Shown here: positions 9,142-19,154 of the stretch, one piece after another
Layout of the letters: each line of letters begins with the position of its first letter
How positions within the stretch are numbered: position 1 is the stretch's first letter
Origin: an uncultured Chloroflexia bacterium
GTDB lineage: Bacteria > Chloroflexota > Ktedonobacteria > Ktedonobacterales > JADMIN01
Direction of reading: 5' to 3'
Assembly (NCBI GenBank): GCA_963840335.1
Contig: CAWIYP010000017.1
Location: forward strand, 7,879-71,878
DNA: 64,000 nucleotides
Notes under the pieces: generated by a model
Database searches by the model: none
What the model was told of the DNA's origin: nothing
The model's input: the letters and a program-made list of their open reading frames with translations, nothing else
Made by a program: the position numbers and the translations under genes

Positions 9142-11739
9142 CTACGCCCAGCGAATGAGGCCAAGCTCGAAGGGAGAAGCCAGCCCGACATGATACGGTG
9201 TGATGCGCACACCGTAGACCACACTCCCCGTGTGGAAGCGATCCATCTCCGCGCTATAGCGCAGCGCGCCATCCACTGGCGCGCCCTCGCGGCGCATCTC
9301 GATCACCCGCTGCTCGGAGAGCGCGCCATTCTCGTCGCGCGCTGTTACCAGCTCCACGCGCACGTCGTCTGGCGTGAGGTCGCCCAGCCGCACGAGCGCC
9401 TCGACGCGCGCCGACTCACCCTCGGCGATCTGCTCATCGCTGGGGCCACTCGCCGTCAGGCTGATCTCGCCCCAGCGCTCGCGCACCCGCCGCTCCCAGG
9501 CTGTCAACTCGCGGGCCAGCGCGTAGTCGCGCGCATCCATCCGCTCGCCCGCGCGCACGGCTGGCATGTAGTACGACGTCACGTACTCTTTGACCATCCG
9601 GCTCATGCTGAACTGTGGCGCAACGGTGCGCATCGCCTCGCGCATCACCGCGAGCCAGCCGTGGGGCAATGCCGTCATCGCCGCGCTCGTAGTAGAGCGG
9701 GACAATCGCCTGCTCCAGTGTCTCATAGAGCGCAAGCGCATCCGCCGCGTCGCGCGTCTCGTCGTCCTGATACTCGCGCCGCTCGCCGATGGCCCAGCCA
9801 TTCTTGCCGTTGTAGCCTTCTTCCCACCAGCCATCGATGATGCTGCAGTTGGGCAGGCCGTTCAGGCTGGCTTTCTGGCCGCTGGTGCCGCTGGCCTCGT
9901 GCGGACGGATGGGCGTATTCAGCCAGACATCGCAGCCGCTCACCAGTCGCCGCGCCATATCGATGTCGTAGTCCTCCAGGAAGACGATCTTGCCCGCGAA
10001 TTCCGGCTGCTGGGTGAAGCCGTAGACCTTGCGGATCAGCTCCTGCCCGGGGCGATCGGCGGGGTGCGCCTTGCCCGCGAAGATGATCTGCACGGGGCGG
10101 TCGGGATGATTCAGCAGCCGCGCCAGTCGCTCCTCATCGCGGAAGAGCAGGGTCGCCCGCTTGTAGGTGGCGAAGCGCCGCGCGAAACCGAGCGTCAGCG
10201 CACTGCGGTTCAGCAGAGCCGCCCGACGCGCTGCACCGCCTGCGGGCCTTCGCCGTGGCGTGTGCGCTGGCGGGCGATGCGGCGGCGCGCGTAGGCGATC
10301 AGGTCGTCCTTCATCTGCTCATGCGCGCCCCAAAGCTCGCTGTCGGGAATCTCGCTCACACGCTCCCAGCGCGCCTGATTATCAATATCCCCGCTCCAGC
10401 CCGGCTCCAGATATTCATCCAGCAGCGTCGCCAGCTTCGGGTTCAGCCACGACTCGGTATGCACGCCGTTCGTCACATGGCCAATCGGCGCCTCGCTCGC
10501 CTCGACATCGGCCCAGAGCGAGCGCCACATCTCGCGCGAGACCTCGCCGTGGAGCCGACTGACCCCATTGCGCCGCGACGAGAGGTGGATGGCCAGCACG
10601 GTCATGCTGAAGCCCGCCCCCCAGCTCGCGTCCTGCCGCGCCAGCCGCATGAAAGCGTCGCGGTCGAGGCGCAACTGTGGCCAGAAATCAGCGAAGTAGC
10701 GGTCCATCAGATCGAAGGAGAAGACATCGTTGCCAGCGGCGACGGGGGTATGAGTGGTGAAGACGCTATTCGCGGCGGCGATCTGGCGGGCGACCTCGAA
10801 CTCGACATCCAGCCCGTTGACCAGCTCGCGGCAGCGCTCCAGGCCGAGGAAGGCGGCGTGGCCCTCGTTCATGTGCCAGATCTTCGCGTCAATGCCCAGC
10901 GCCCGCAGCGCCCGCACACCGCCGATGCCCAGCACGATCTCCTGCGAGATGCGCATCTCGTGGTCGCCGCCGTAGAGCCGCGCCGAGAGCGTGCGATCCG
11001 AGGGCGTGTTCTGCGGCACGTCGGTATCCATCAGGTAGAGGGGGATGCGCCCCACCTGGACATGCCAGACCTTCGCGTAGACCGTGCGCCCCGGCAGGTC
11101 AACGCTGATGCGCGCCTCGCGTCCCTGGGCGTCGCGGGCGGGTCGGGCGGGCGCCTGCGAAAACTCCAGCTTCTCGTAGATGGCCTCCTGCTGCCCATCG
11201 CGGTTGATGCGCTGGCGGAAGTAGCCCTGCGGATAGAGGAAGCCGACGCCGACGAAGGGCAGGCCGAGGTCGCTGGCCTCCTTGCAGTGGTCGCCGGAGA
11301 GAATGCCCAGGCCGCCAGAGTAGATCGGCAGCGACTCGTGCAGCCCGAACTCAGCGGAGAAGTAGGCGATAACGGAGTCGGCGTCTTTCGGGAATTCGCG
11401 GCTGAACCAGGTCGTCGCTGGCTTCATGTAGGCGTCGAACTCGGCCAGCACGGCGTCGTAGCGGGCCAGAAACTCGGCGTCCTCCGCGAGCGCGTTCAGG
11501 CGCTGTGGGTCGGCCCCCGCGAGCGTGGCGACGGCGTTATGCTCCGTGCGCTCCCACATCTGCGCGTTGACCTGGGCATAGAGCGCCTGCGCGCTTGGCG
11601 TCCACGACCACCAGAGGTTATACGCCAGTTCATAGAGCCGCTCGATACGCGGCGGAATCGTCGGAAAAACAGAGAGACGGCCTAATATCTTCACCCAGTC
11701 AAACTCCTGCTCATGTTCCCACTCACGCGGGGAGCGCAT
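9142..11739 (-). CDS. glgP: Alpha-glucan (glycogen/maltodextrin) phosphorylase, GT35 alpha-glucan family, with 2 apparent frameshifts
   Basis: YFSAEFGLHESLPIYSGGLGILSGDHCKEASDLGLPFVGVGFLYPQGYF, and EASGTSGQKASLNGLPNCSIIDGWW (pyridoxal-phosphate Lys region). Frame switches are near 10220 (1-nt deletion) and 9668 (1-nt insertion), net 3n. Confidence 0.85.
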
Positions 11740-11991
11740 GCTCTCGCACGCGAGACGTTGTGATTGTCGTGCGCGGCAGAGATGTAGCGCTTAGCTCGTT
11801 TCACGATACCACACGCTCTTGAGAGATACGTCGGCGGGGACGGCTGGGCGTGTGGGGGCGGGGCGGGGTGCCGCTCTCGGCATTGAAAAGGCCGGAGCAC
11901 GCGGATGCGGCCTGATGATGTTTTGGCAATAGGGCGAACACGTCGGCGCGGGTAGGAGGGGCGGGTAAACCCGCGGCTAAGGGTGTGCGCG

Positions 11992-12146
11992 CCACGAAGC
12001 CCGCCGACGCGGGCTGGGTCTCGGCGGAAGGGGACGCCGATAGGCAGACGCATCGTCTCACGTTGGCTGGTTCCTAGTCCGCGTCGGCGGACTTCGCGGC
12101 GGAACGCCCTCCAGGCGCGGCTTGAGCCGTCAGCCGCCGCGCGCCG
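11992..12146. repeat. Palindromic intergenic repeat element, copy C
   Basis: Arms CCACGAAGCCCGCCGACGCGGGC (11992-12014) and GTCCGCGTCGGCGGACTTCGCGG (12077-12099) are near-perfect inverted repeats. They are followed by CCAGGCGCGGCTTGAGCCGTCAGCC, which resembles the tail of copies A and B. Confidence 0.55.
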
Positions 12147-12282
12147 TGCTCGCGGTTATTGCTAAAACAGCATAATTCGCGCCGGAAGGGCCTTCCGGCG
12201 CTGCCGCACTCCCTAGCCGTGTGACGTCGCGCCATGGCTCAGTATTCGATTAACGCAGTACGTGACAGTAACCGCCAGCGCG

Positions 12283-12380
12283 CCTTCCCCTTCATGTGTG
12301 AATAGAATCGCTTGCGAGGGCGTCTACTTCCTGCCATACTAACGGCGACAGTCTGGGTTGTTGGGCAGGAGGGTAGCCGT
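12283..12380 (+). promoter_or_regulatory. Conserved 5' region (candidate promoter plus leader) of TIR-STAND paralog 1
   Basis: About 80 percent identical by eye to 60773-60868 upstream of paralog 2. Shared CTTCATGTGTGA(A/C)TAGAATCGCTTGCGA with a -10-like TAGAAT (12303-12308), and GTTGGGCAGGAGGG(T/A)AGCC with an AGGAGG RBS before the ATG. Confidence 0.4.
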
Positions 12381-15300
12381 CATGGCGACGAGTGATTCCC
12401 CCGCGAGCGCCACGGTTCGGGCGCGTCCGCGTGGTGCGAGTCTGTGGCGTGCGCTTGGTTGGATCGGTATCATTCTCTGGCTGGCGATGCTCGCGGTGAA
12501 TGCGGCGCCATACCTCAGCGGGCGTCCCTGGCCCGCGGCCAGCGATCTGCTCCCGCGCCTGCTCACGCCACCCGCCGCGCTGGGCCTGCCGCCCGATCTG
12601 GCCGCGCAGGCCATGCCGTTCATCACGGCGCTCGCGGTCTTCCTCCTCGTCCTCGTTGTCACGCTCACCATCTCGCCCTACCGCGCAGGAGGGCTGCCCA
12701 TCGCGCACCCGCGCCGCGCCCTCTGATCGCCAGAGACGCCCGCGCCGCGACTAACGTCCGCGCCGGACAGCGGGGCCAGCGCGCGCCCTCACCGCTCGCC
12801 AGCGCGCGCCAAAGAAAATCACGCCGCCCGCGCCAGCGACGGAGTCAGCCACCCGCGCGTCTTCATCAGCCACAGCAGCAAAGACGATGGCTTCGGGTTG
12901 TGGCTGGAGCAACGACTCAAGGAGGCGCTGGGCGACCCCGACGACGTGTTCTATGACCACGATGGCGGGCTGATCGGCGGCGATGAGTGGCTGAAGACGC
13001 TGCAATATGAGATTGGGCGGCGCGATGTCTTCGTGCTGATCCTCTCGCCGCAGGCCCTCGCCTCGGGCTGGGTCGAGCGCGAGGTGAGCTACGCCCTGCG
13101 CCAGGCGGTCTCCGTCGGCGGCAAGGTGATCGTCCCCGTGCTGCATGCGGACGTAGATGTGTGGCCCTTCCTCGCGGACTATCAGATGGTGGACTTCCGC
13201 GAGCCGGAGCCTTCGAGGCCGCGTTTGCCGATCTGCTGACCGCTGTGCGCCTGGGCCGCTCGCGCCTGGTGGAGCTGCGTGGGCTGCGGGGCGTGCGGCG
13301 TGGCCCGCCCTTCGACCTGGAGCGCCTGCCCCTGCCGGAGCGCTTCATCGGACGCGCTACCGACGATCGAGTGGGCGCTGGAGCGGCTCGCGCCTGACCT
13401 GAACCTGGACCGACGTCCCCGACTGGTGGGTGGGCATGTGGCGAGCGGGCTGGCCAGCATCGCCGCCGCCAACGGCCTGGCGGGCATCGGCAAGTGGGCG
13501 CTCGCGGGCGCACGTGGCGCGCATCCTCTACGCCACCAACCGCTATCCCGATGGCATCGCCGTCATCGCCTGCAATGGGCTGAGCGACCCGGTCGCCGTG
13601 CTGCGCGCCGTCGCTGGCCCGCTTCGACCCGGAAGGGAGCGCGCCGCAAGAAGAACACGGTCGAGGCGCTGAGCGAGGTGGCGAAGGGTGTCTTCGCGCA
13701 GGCTGCCCCACGCGCTGGTCGATGCTGGACAACGTCGAGCCGAGCCTACCAGCGGAACGGGTGACGAAGCCGCTGCGGGTCGCGGGGGCCGCGCTGCTGC
13801 TGACCTCACGCCAGCGCCTCCCTACCAATGCCGTCCCGCCGACGATAGCCACCAGCTCGATCTGCTCTCGCAGGACGAGGCCATCGCCGTCTTCATCGAG
13901 AACCGCGAGCGCGTGACGGCGCCCACCGAGGCCAGCGCCGCGCCTGCCGGGCAGGATGGCGCGGCGGTCAACGAGGCCGAACGCGCCGCCATCGCAGAGT
14001 ATCGTGGCGGCGCTGGGAAAGCCACACGTTGGCCGTGAAGCTGGCGGCGGCCCGCGCGCGTGGTCGCGACCTGGCCGCCCTCGCGCGCGACTACGCCGCG
14101 AACCCGCGCCTCGGCGTGAATTTGCGCGATGGACGGGAGGCGGTGGACGTGGTCATGTCATCTAGTGTGGCGGGACTGCCCGCCCCCGCGCGCCTGCTCT
14201 TCGCCGCGCTCGGCGCCTTCGCCAGCGACGAGATTGGTCGCCGGGCGCTGCTGAGCGTCGGGCGGACGATCTGGAGATCGCCGACCCCGAGGCCAGCCTC
14301 GACGCGATCCTCGATCTGCGCCTGGCTGACGCCTACCTCGCCCCCGACCTGCCCGCCGACGAACGCCGACAACGAGCGCCTGCGCCTGCACCCGCTGACC
14401 CGCGCCTATGCCCGCGACCTGCTCGACGCCGAGCGCGCCGTCGGCGATGAGCCCGCTCTGGCCGACGGCGCGCCGCGCGCAGGCCCAGCGCGCCGTCGAC
14501 CGCCTGGTACGCCAGCTACGCCAACAACGCCGCCACCCCCGACGCCGCGCGCACGCTCGACGAAGCGAACATCGGCGGCGCGCTGGCCTGGGCCGTCTCG
14601 GCGGCGAGGATGACCCCCTGCTCGCGGACCTCTGCAACGGCATGGCCGCCTACTGGAACCTGCGCGGCAGAACCGACGACCGCAAGCGCTACCTCCCGCT
14701 GGCGGTGGCGGCGGCCCAGCGCGTGGCGGAGGCGACAGGCACGCGCGACGACCGCCTGCGAGCGGACGCCTGGAGGGGTATCACTGCGACCTGCTGCTCC
14801 TCCTTGGCGATGTCGCAGCCGCACGCGCCGGCTACGAGCGCTAGGCTCGCAGTCATGCAAGCCGTCGGCGACCAGCGGGAGGAGGGCGTCGCGCTGAGCA
14901 AGCTGGGCGATCTGGCGCTGCGCGAGGGCGATGTCGCCGCCGCCGCGCCGCCTACGAGCGCGTCCTCGCCATCATGCGCGCCGTCGGCGACCAGCGGGCG
15001 GAGGGCGTCGCGCTGAGCAAGCTGGGCGATCTGGCGCTGCGCGAAGGCGATGTCGCCGCCGCACGCGCCGCCTACGAGCGCGTCCTCGCCAGCATGCGAG
15101 CCGTCGGCGACCAGCGCAGGAGGGCGTCGCGCTGAGCAAGCTTGCAGATGTTTCTGAGCGCATGGGTGATATTGATGAACGCCGAGTCATTCTATCGACA
15201 GACTCTGTACTATTGTAAGGCGAATCGCCAGCCCGCCAGATCTTGCCGATGTACTCTCACTCGTGGGCGCGTTCCTGCTGCGGCATAGGCGCGGCGACGA

Positions 15301-15423
15301 CGAGGGGCGCGTGATGCTAGCGGAGGCGGCGGCGATCTACACGCGGCTGGGGATGGCGGCGATGGCAGGGGAGGCGGATGGCGGCGGGGAGGATGTGGAC
15401 GGCGGGGAGGCGGCCAGCGATTG
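12381..15423 (+). pseudogene. 2TM-TIR-NB-ARC(STAND)-TPR protein, paralog 1, heavily disrupted
   Basis: N-terminal 2-TM module (ALGWIGIILWLAMLAVNAAPYL; AMPFITALAVFLLVLVVTLTI). In-frame TGA at 12724-12726. TIR (VFISHSSKDDGFG...ILSPQALASGWVEREV). P-loop remnant GLAGIGKWAL about 13480-13505. 40-aa TPR-like repeats (VGDQREEGVALSKLGDLALREGDVAAA) at 14.8-15.15 kb. C-terminal end AIYTRLGMAA...ASD*. The sense jumps frame at least 10 times. Confidence 0.75.
14800..15150 (+). repeat. Tandem repeats of about 120 nt encoding TPR-like units inside paralog 1
   Basis: Units starting at 14861, 14980 and 15100 (GCCGTCGGCGACCAGCG...) are nearly identical. Two carry 1-nt deletions relative to their neighbours. 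Confidence 0.7.
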
Positions 15424-15428
15424 AATTC

Positions 15429-15545
15429 GCGCCTGAAGGGCCTGACGGCCCACGAGGTCCGCCTTCGCGGACCCGAACCCGGACCCGCGTCGGCGGGTCT
15501 TGTGGCGGCGCCAGCCGCCTTCAGGCGCGGTTTCAACCGCCAGCC
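15429..15545. repeat. Palindromic intergenic repeat element, copy A
   Basis: GCGCCTGAAGGGCCTGACGGCCCACGAGGTCCGCC pairs imperfectly with GGCGGGTCTTGTGGCGGCGCCAGCCGCCTTCAGGCGC (15429-15528). Then the tail GGTTTCAACCGCCAGCC. Shares an about 70-nt core with copy B. Confidence 0.6.
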
Positions 15546-15714
15546 ACCCTCCGCTGCTCGCAGGCTCATTGTAGGCGCTGGCGGGCATGCGTCTTCGAGT
15601 GGCGCGACCCGCGCGAGAGTCAGGAGAGCGCAGAAACTATGTCGGCGATGAGAACCAGCAGCCCCCGCGCTGCCCCGCTATCAGACGCGCATTCAGTTCG
15701 ATGCGCGCGTCCCC

Positions 15715-17349
15715 ATGCGCGATGGCGTCACGCTCTCGGCGGACATCTACTTCCCCGACGCGGGCGCGGCTGGCGATGCGCCGACCCGCTGGCCCGCCAT
15801 CCTCGCGCGCACGCCCTACATGAAGGCTACCGCGAACATCCTGGCGCAGGGACGCTGGTTCAGCGAGCGCGGCTACGTCTTCGTGGCGATGGATGTGCGC
15901 GGGCGCGGGGACTCTGATGGCGAGTTCATCCCTTATTTCAGCGAGGGGCGCGATGGCTACGACAGCATCGAGTGGATCGCCGCGCAGCCGTGGAGCGATG
16001 GCGCCGTGGGCACCCTCGGCGGGTCGTATCTGGGGCGCATCCAGTGGCTTACCGCGCTGGAGCAGCCGCCACACCTCCGCGCGATGGTCGTCGCCGTGCC
16101 ACCCTCCGACCCTTTTGTCGAGACGCCGACCGGGCTGCCCAGCCCCATGCACCTCTGCTGGATGCACTTCACCAGCGGGCGCCAGCTGCAGTTGATGGAG
16201 GCGGTGGAGTGGGAGCGCGTCTACGACCACCTGCCGCTGCTGACGATGGACGAGGCGGCGGGACGTGGGCCGATGCCGCGCTGGCGCGAGGAGATCGCGC
16301 ATGCGCAGCTCGATGAGTTCTGGCGGCCACTCTGCTACCAGGACAAGTTCGACCAGATGAGCGTGCCAACGCTGCACATCTCTGGCTGGTACGACGACGA
16401 GCAGGTCGGGACGCCGCTCAACTTCCACGGCATGACGACCCAGGCCAGCACGCCAGAGGCCCGCCGCAGCCAGCGCCTGCTGATGGGGCCGTGGGGGCAT
16501 AACGTCAACTCGACGGCCAAACTGGGCGAGGTGGACTTTGGCTCCGCCGCGCTGATTGATCTGGCGGGCGAGCAGCTTGCGTGGTTCGACCGCTTCTTGC
16601 GCGGAGTGGGCGCCGAGGAGCCAGTGACGCCCGCGCGCATCTTCATCATGGGCGAGAATCTCTGGCGCGACGAGCAGGAGTGGCCGCTGGCGCGCACCCA
16701 GTGGACGCGCTACCACCTGCGCGGCGCGGGCCACGCGAACAGCCGCTTCGGCGATGGCGCGCTGGCCACCGACACGCCGCCCGCCGACGAGCCAGCCGAC
16801 AGCTACCGCTATGACCCCGCGCGCCCCACGCCGTTCATCACCGAGGCCACCTCCTCGCAGATTGGCGGGCCAGATGACTACGCCGCCGTGCAGCGTCGCG
16901 ATGACCTGCTCGTCTACCAGACAGAGCCGCTGACCGAGGCGCTGGAGGTCACAGGGCCGATTCAGGTAGATCTGTACGCGGCATCCTCGGCGCCCGACAC
17001 CGATTTTACCGCGATGCTGCTGGATGTCTGGCCCAGTGGCTTCACTCAGCGCCTGAGCGATGGCATGGTGCGGGCGCGCTTCCGCGAGGGGATGGATCGC
17101 CCGTCGCTCATCACCCCCGGCGCAGTCTACCGCTATCAGATAGACTGCTGGAACACCGCGCACGTCTTCCGCGCGGGACATCGCATCGCCGTGCAGATCG
17201 CCTCCGCCGCCTTCCCGAAGTACGACCGCCATCCGAATACAGCGGCGCCGCTGGGAACATCGAGCGAGCTGGCGGTAGCCCAGCAAACCATCTACCACGA
17301 CGCTGAGCGCCCGTCAGCCATCATCCTGCCGGTCATTCCGCGCCCGTAG
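15715..17349 (+). CDS. CocE/NonD family hydrolase (S15 X-Pro dipeptidyl-peptidase-like alpha/beta hydrolase)
   Basis: MRDGVTLSADIYFP...TPYMK...YVFVAMDVRGRGDSDGEF...GGSYLG (nucleophile elbow). The true start may be ATG 15639 (MSAMRTSSP), joined by removing one C from a C5 run near 15662. Confidence 0.85.
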   Translation: MRDGVTLSADIYFPDAGAAGDAPTRWPAILARTPYMKATANILAQGRWFSERGYVFVAMDVRGRGDSDGEFIPYFSEGRDGYDSIEWIAAQPWSDGAVGTLGGSYLGRIQWLTALEQPPHLRAMVVAVPPSDPFVETPTGLPSPMHLCWMHFTSGRQLQLMEAVEWERVYDHLPLLTMDEAAGRGPMPRWREEIAHAQLDEFWRPLCYQDKFDQMSVPTLHISGWYDDEQVGTPLNFHGMTTQASTPEARRSQRLLMGPWGHNVNSTAKLGEVDFGSAALIDLAGEQLAWFDRFLRGVGAEEPVTPARIFIMGENLWRDEQEWPLARTQWTRYHLRGAGHANSRFGDGALATDTPPADEPADSYRYDPARPTPFITEATSSQIGGPDDYAAVQRRDDLLVYQTEPLTEALEVTGPIQVDLYAASSAPDTDFTAMLLDVWPSGFTQRLSDGMVRARFREGMDRPSLITPGAVYRYQIDCWNTAHVFRAGHRIAVQIASAAFPKYDRHPNTAAPLGTSSELAVAQQTIYHDAERPSAIILPVIPRP

Positions 17350-17388
17350 GGGCGTAGCTGAACGTGCATGCGCGGGAGGGAACAGGGT

Positions 17389-18007
17389 ATGCTCACGGTC
17401 TATTATTCGCCACACGCGACCAGCGTGGACAACGAAGCGGGGCGCGCCTCCGGTCACGCCGATGTCCCGCTCGCGGAGCAGGGACGCCAGCAGGCGCGCA
17501 CGCTGGGCGGCCACTACGCCGCGATTCCCGTGGGCGCCGTGTTCTGCTCGGACTTGCGGCGAGCTGTGGACACCGCGGCGCTCATTTGCGGCGATCGCGC
17601 GGCGCCACTCATTCCAGACGCCCGGCTGCGTGAGTTCGACTATGGGACGATGACCCAGTGGCCGCGCGCAGAGGTCGAGGCCGAGTTTCCCCGGCGCATC
17701 ACCACGCCATTCCCCGGCGGCGAGAGTCTGCTGCTGGTCGTGGAGCGCGTGGGCGCCTTTCTGCGGGATACGCTCGCGGACTACGACGGCAAGACCATCG
17801 TCGTCGATCGGCCACCGTGGCACGAAGTGGGGGCTGGACTACTGGACGGGGCGCCAGTCGCTGGAGGAGATTGTCCAGACGCCGTGGGAGTGGCGAGAGG
17901 TTCCGATCTGGCGCTACGCTCTTGAAAGCGGCGACATTGCGCGGCGGAAGCCCATCGTGGCGCGCGGGCCAGGTGAGCCGCGCGCAGCAGGGAGGAGCGA
18001 AGCATGA
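17389..18007 (+). CDS. Histidine phosphatase (phosphoglycerate mutase-like) family protein, with 1 apparent frameshift
   Basis: MLTVYYSPHATSVDNEAGRASGHADVPLAEQG (RHG-type N-terminal motif variant). GKTIVV|IGHRGTKWGLDYW is restored by dropping 1 nt near 17806. Span length is 3n+1. Confidence 0.7.
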
Positions 18008-18435
18008 ATGACAGCGAGATTCCCGCCCGCTATCAGGACTCCGCGACCATCGAGGCCATCCTGCGCGAGAGCAAGACCATCGCTATCGTCGGCCTCTCGC
18101 CTGACCCCAGCCGTCCCAGCAACGGCGTCGCCCGCTATCTGCAAGGCCAGGGCTATCGCATCGTGGGGGTCAACCCGACGGAGACGGAGCTACTGGGCGA
18201 GCCATGCTACGCCACCCTGAGCGACATCCCGTTTCCCGTTGACCTGGTGGATGTCTTCCGGCGCTCCGAGTTCACGCCAGCCATCGCTGAGGAGGCGGTG
18301 AAGATCGGCGCCAGGGCGCTCTGGCTCCAGCTCGATGTCATCAACCTCGACGCGGGAGCGACGGCGGAGCGCGGTGGCCTGCGCGTCGTGATGGACCGCT
18401 GCACGGCCATCGAGCATGCGCGCTATTGCCGTTGA
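18004..18435 (+). CDS. CoA-binding domain protein (YccU-like)
   Basis: ILRESKTIAIVGLSPDPSRPSNGVARYLQGQGYRIVGVNP...VDLVDVFRRSE...GARALWLQ is typical of CoA_binding_2. Confidence 0.8.
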   Translation: MNDSEIPARYQDSATIEAILRESKTIAIVGLSPDPSRPSNGVARYLQGQGYRIVGVNPTETELLGEPCYATLSDIPFPVDLVDVFRRSEFTPAIAEEAVKIGARALWLQLDVINLDAGATAERGGLRVVMDRCTAIEHARYCR

Positions 18436-18443
18436 GCCGTGCG

Positions 18444-18881
18444 CTAGCCGATCTGCTCTGGCGCGTGGGCGCCGTTGCGGCCAAAGAGCTTGCGCACGCG
18501 CGGGCTGAGCAGATAGAAGAGGATGGAGCCAGAGACGACGATGGTGATGAGGGAGCTGACGGTGAGCGCGCCTGTGAAGAGGCCACCGAGCGCGCCGAGC
18601 AGCGTGACGGATTCGAGGACGACGCCGAGCGTCCAGGCCCAGCCCCGGAACTGCCACAGCCCCACGCCCACGATGATCTGCGCGACGCCGATGATCATGA
18701 AGGTCAGGCCAATCGTGATGAGCGCCATCCCGCTCAGACCCTCGGCGGTAAACTGGTTCGCGGGAGCATTCACATCGAGGACCGCGCCGACGATCACCGA
18801 GAAGCCGCCAATCACGCCCCCGATGATGCCACTGATGATCGCTAGCCAGGCAGCCAGAATGATGCCAAATTTGATGAACAT
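18444..18881 (-). CDS. Small integral membrane protein (4 predicted TM segments), unknown function
   Basis: Internal start MFIKFGIILAAWLAIISGIIGGVIGG. Four hydrophobic segments. Confidence 0.6.
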   Translation of the reverse strand: MFIKFGIILAAWLAIISGIIGGVIGGFSVIVGAVLDVNAPANQFTAEGLSGMALITIGLTFMIIGVAQIIVGVGLWQFRGWAWTLGVVLESVTLLGALGGLFTGALTVSSLITIVVSGSILFYLLSPRVRKLFGRNGAHAPEQIG

Positions 18882-19154
18882 CGTCGCGTCTTCCCTCACG
18901 CGCCCGCGCATGTCGCGCAAGGCCACCAGTCTCCGCGCTCGTTGGAGGCCAGTGTACCGCGCCAGACGCCGCATGTCTATCGGGATAGTCTATCTGTTGC
19001 GTGGAGAGCCAGCAGCGCCAGGAGAACGGCGTCAGCGAATCAAATTGTGAAAGCGAGAGAAGGAAAGAAAGAAGGAATGTGTTCTATGTGGCGCCTATTT
19101 CACCTGTCCGCGCACATCTCATCGCGTCGCCCTCACACATCCCATGGGCGCGGT

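Noticed and set aside
12724-12726. In-frame TGA between the membrane module and the TIR of paralog 1 as selenocysteine or read-through. Alternatively, a genuine split into a small 2-TM protein plus a separate TIR-STAND gene.
   Set aside because: No SECIS-like hairpin is obvious downstream. No start codon is available for the TIR part before its first beta-strand motif (VFISHSS). Paralog 2 is a continuous fusion. A nonsense mutation or error is the simplest reading.
14800-15150. Regularly spaced near-identical DNA repeats that could superficially resemble a CRISPR array.
   Set aside because: The period is about 120 nt with no unique spacers. The repeats are contiguous and in-frame, encode TPR-like helices, and are homologous to the C-terminus of paralog 2.
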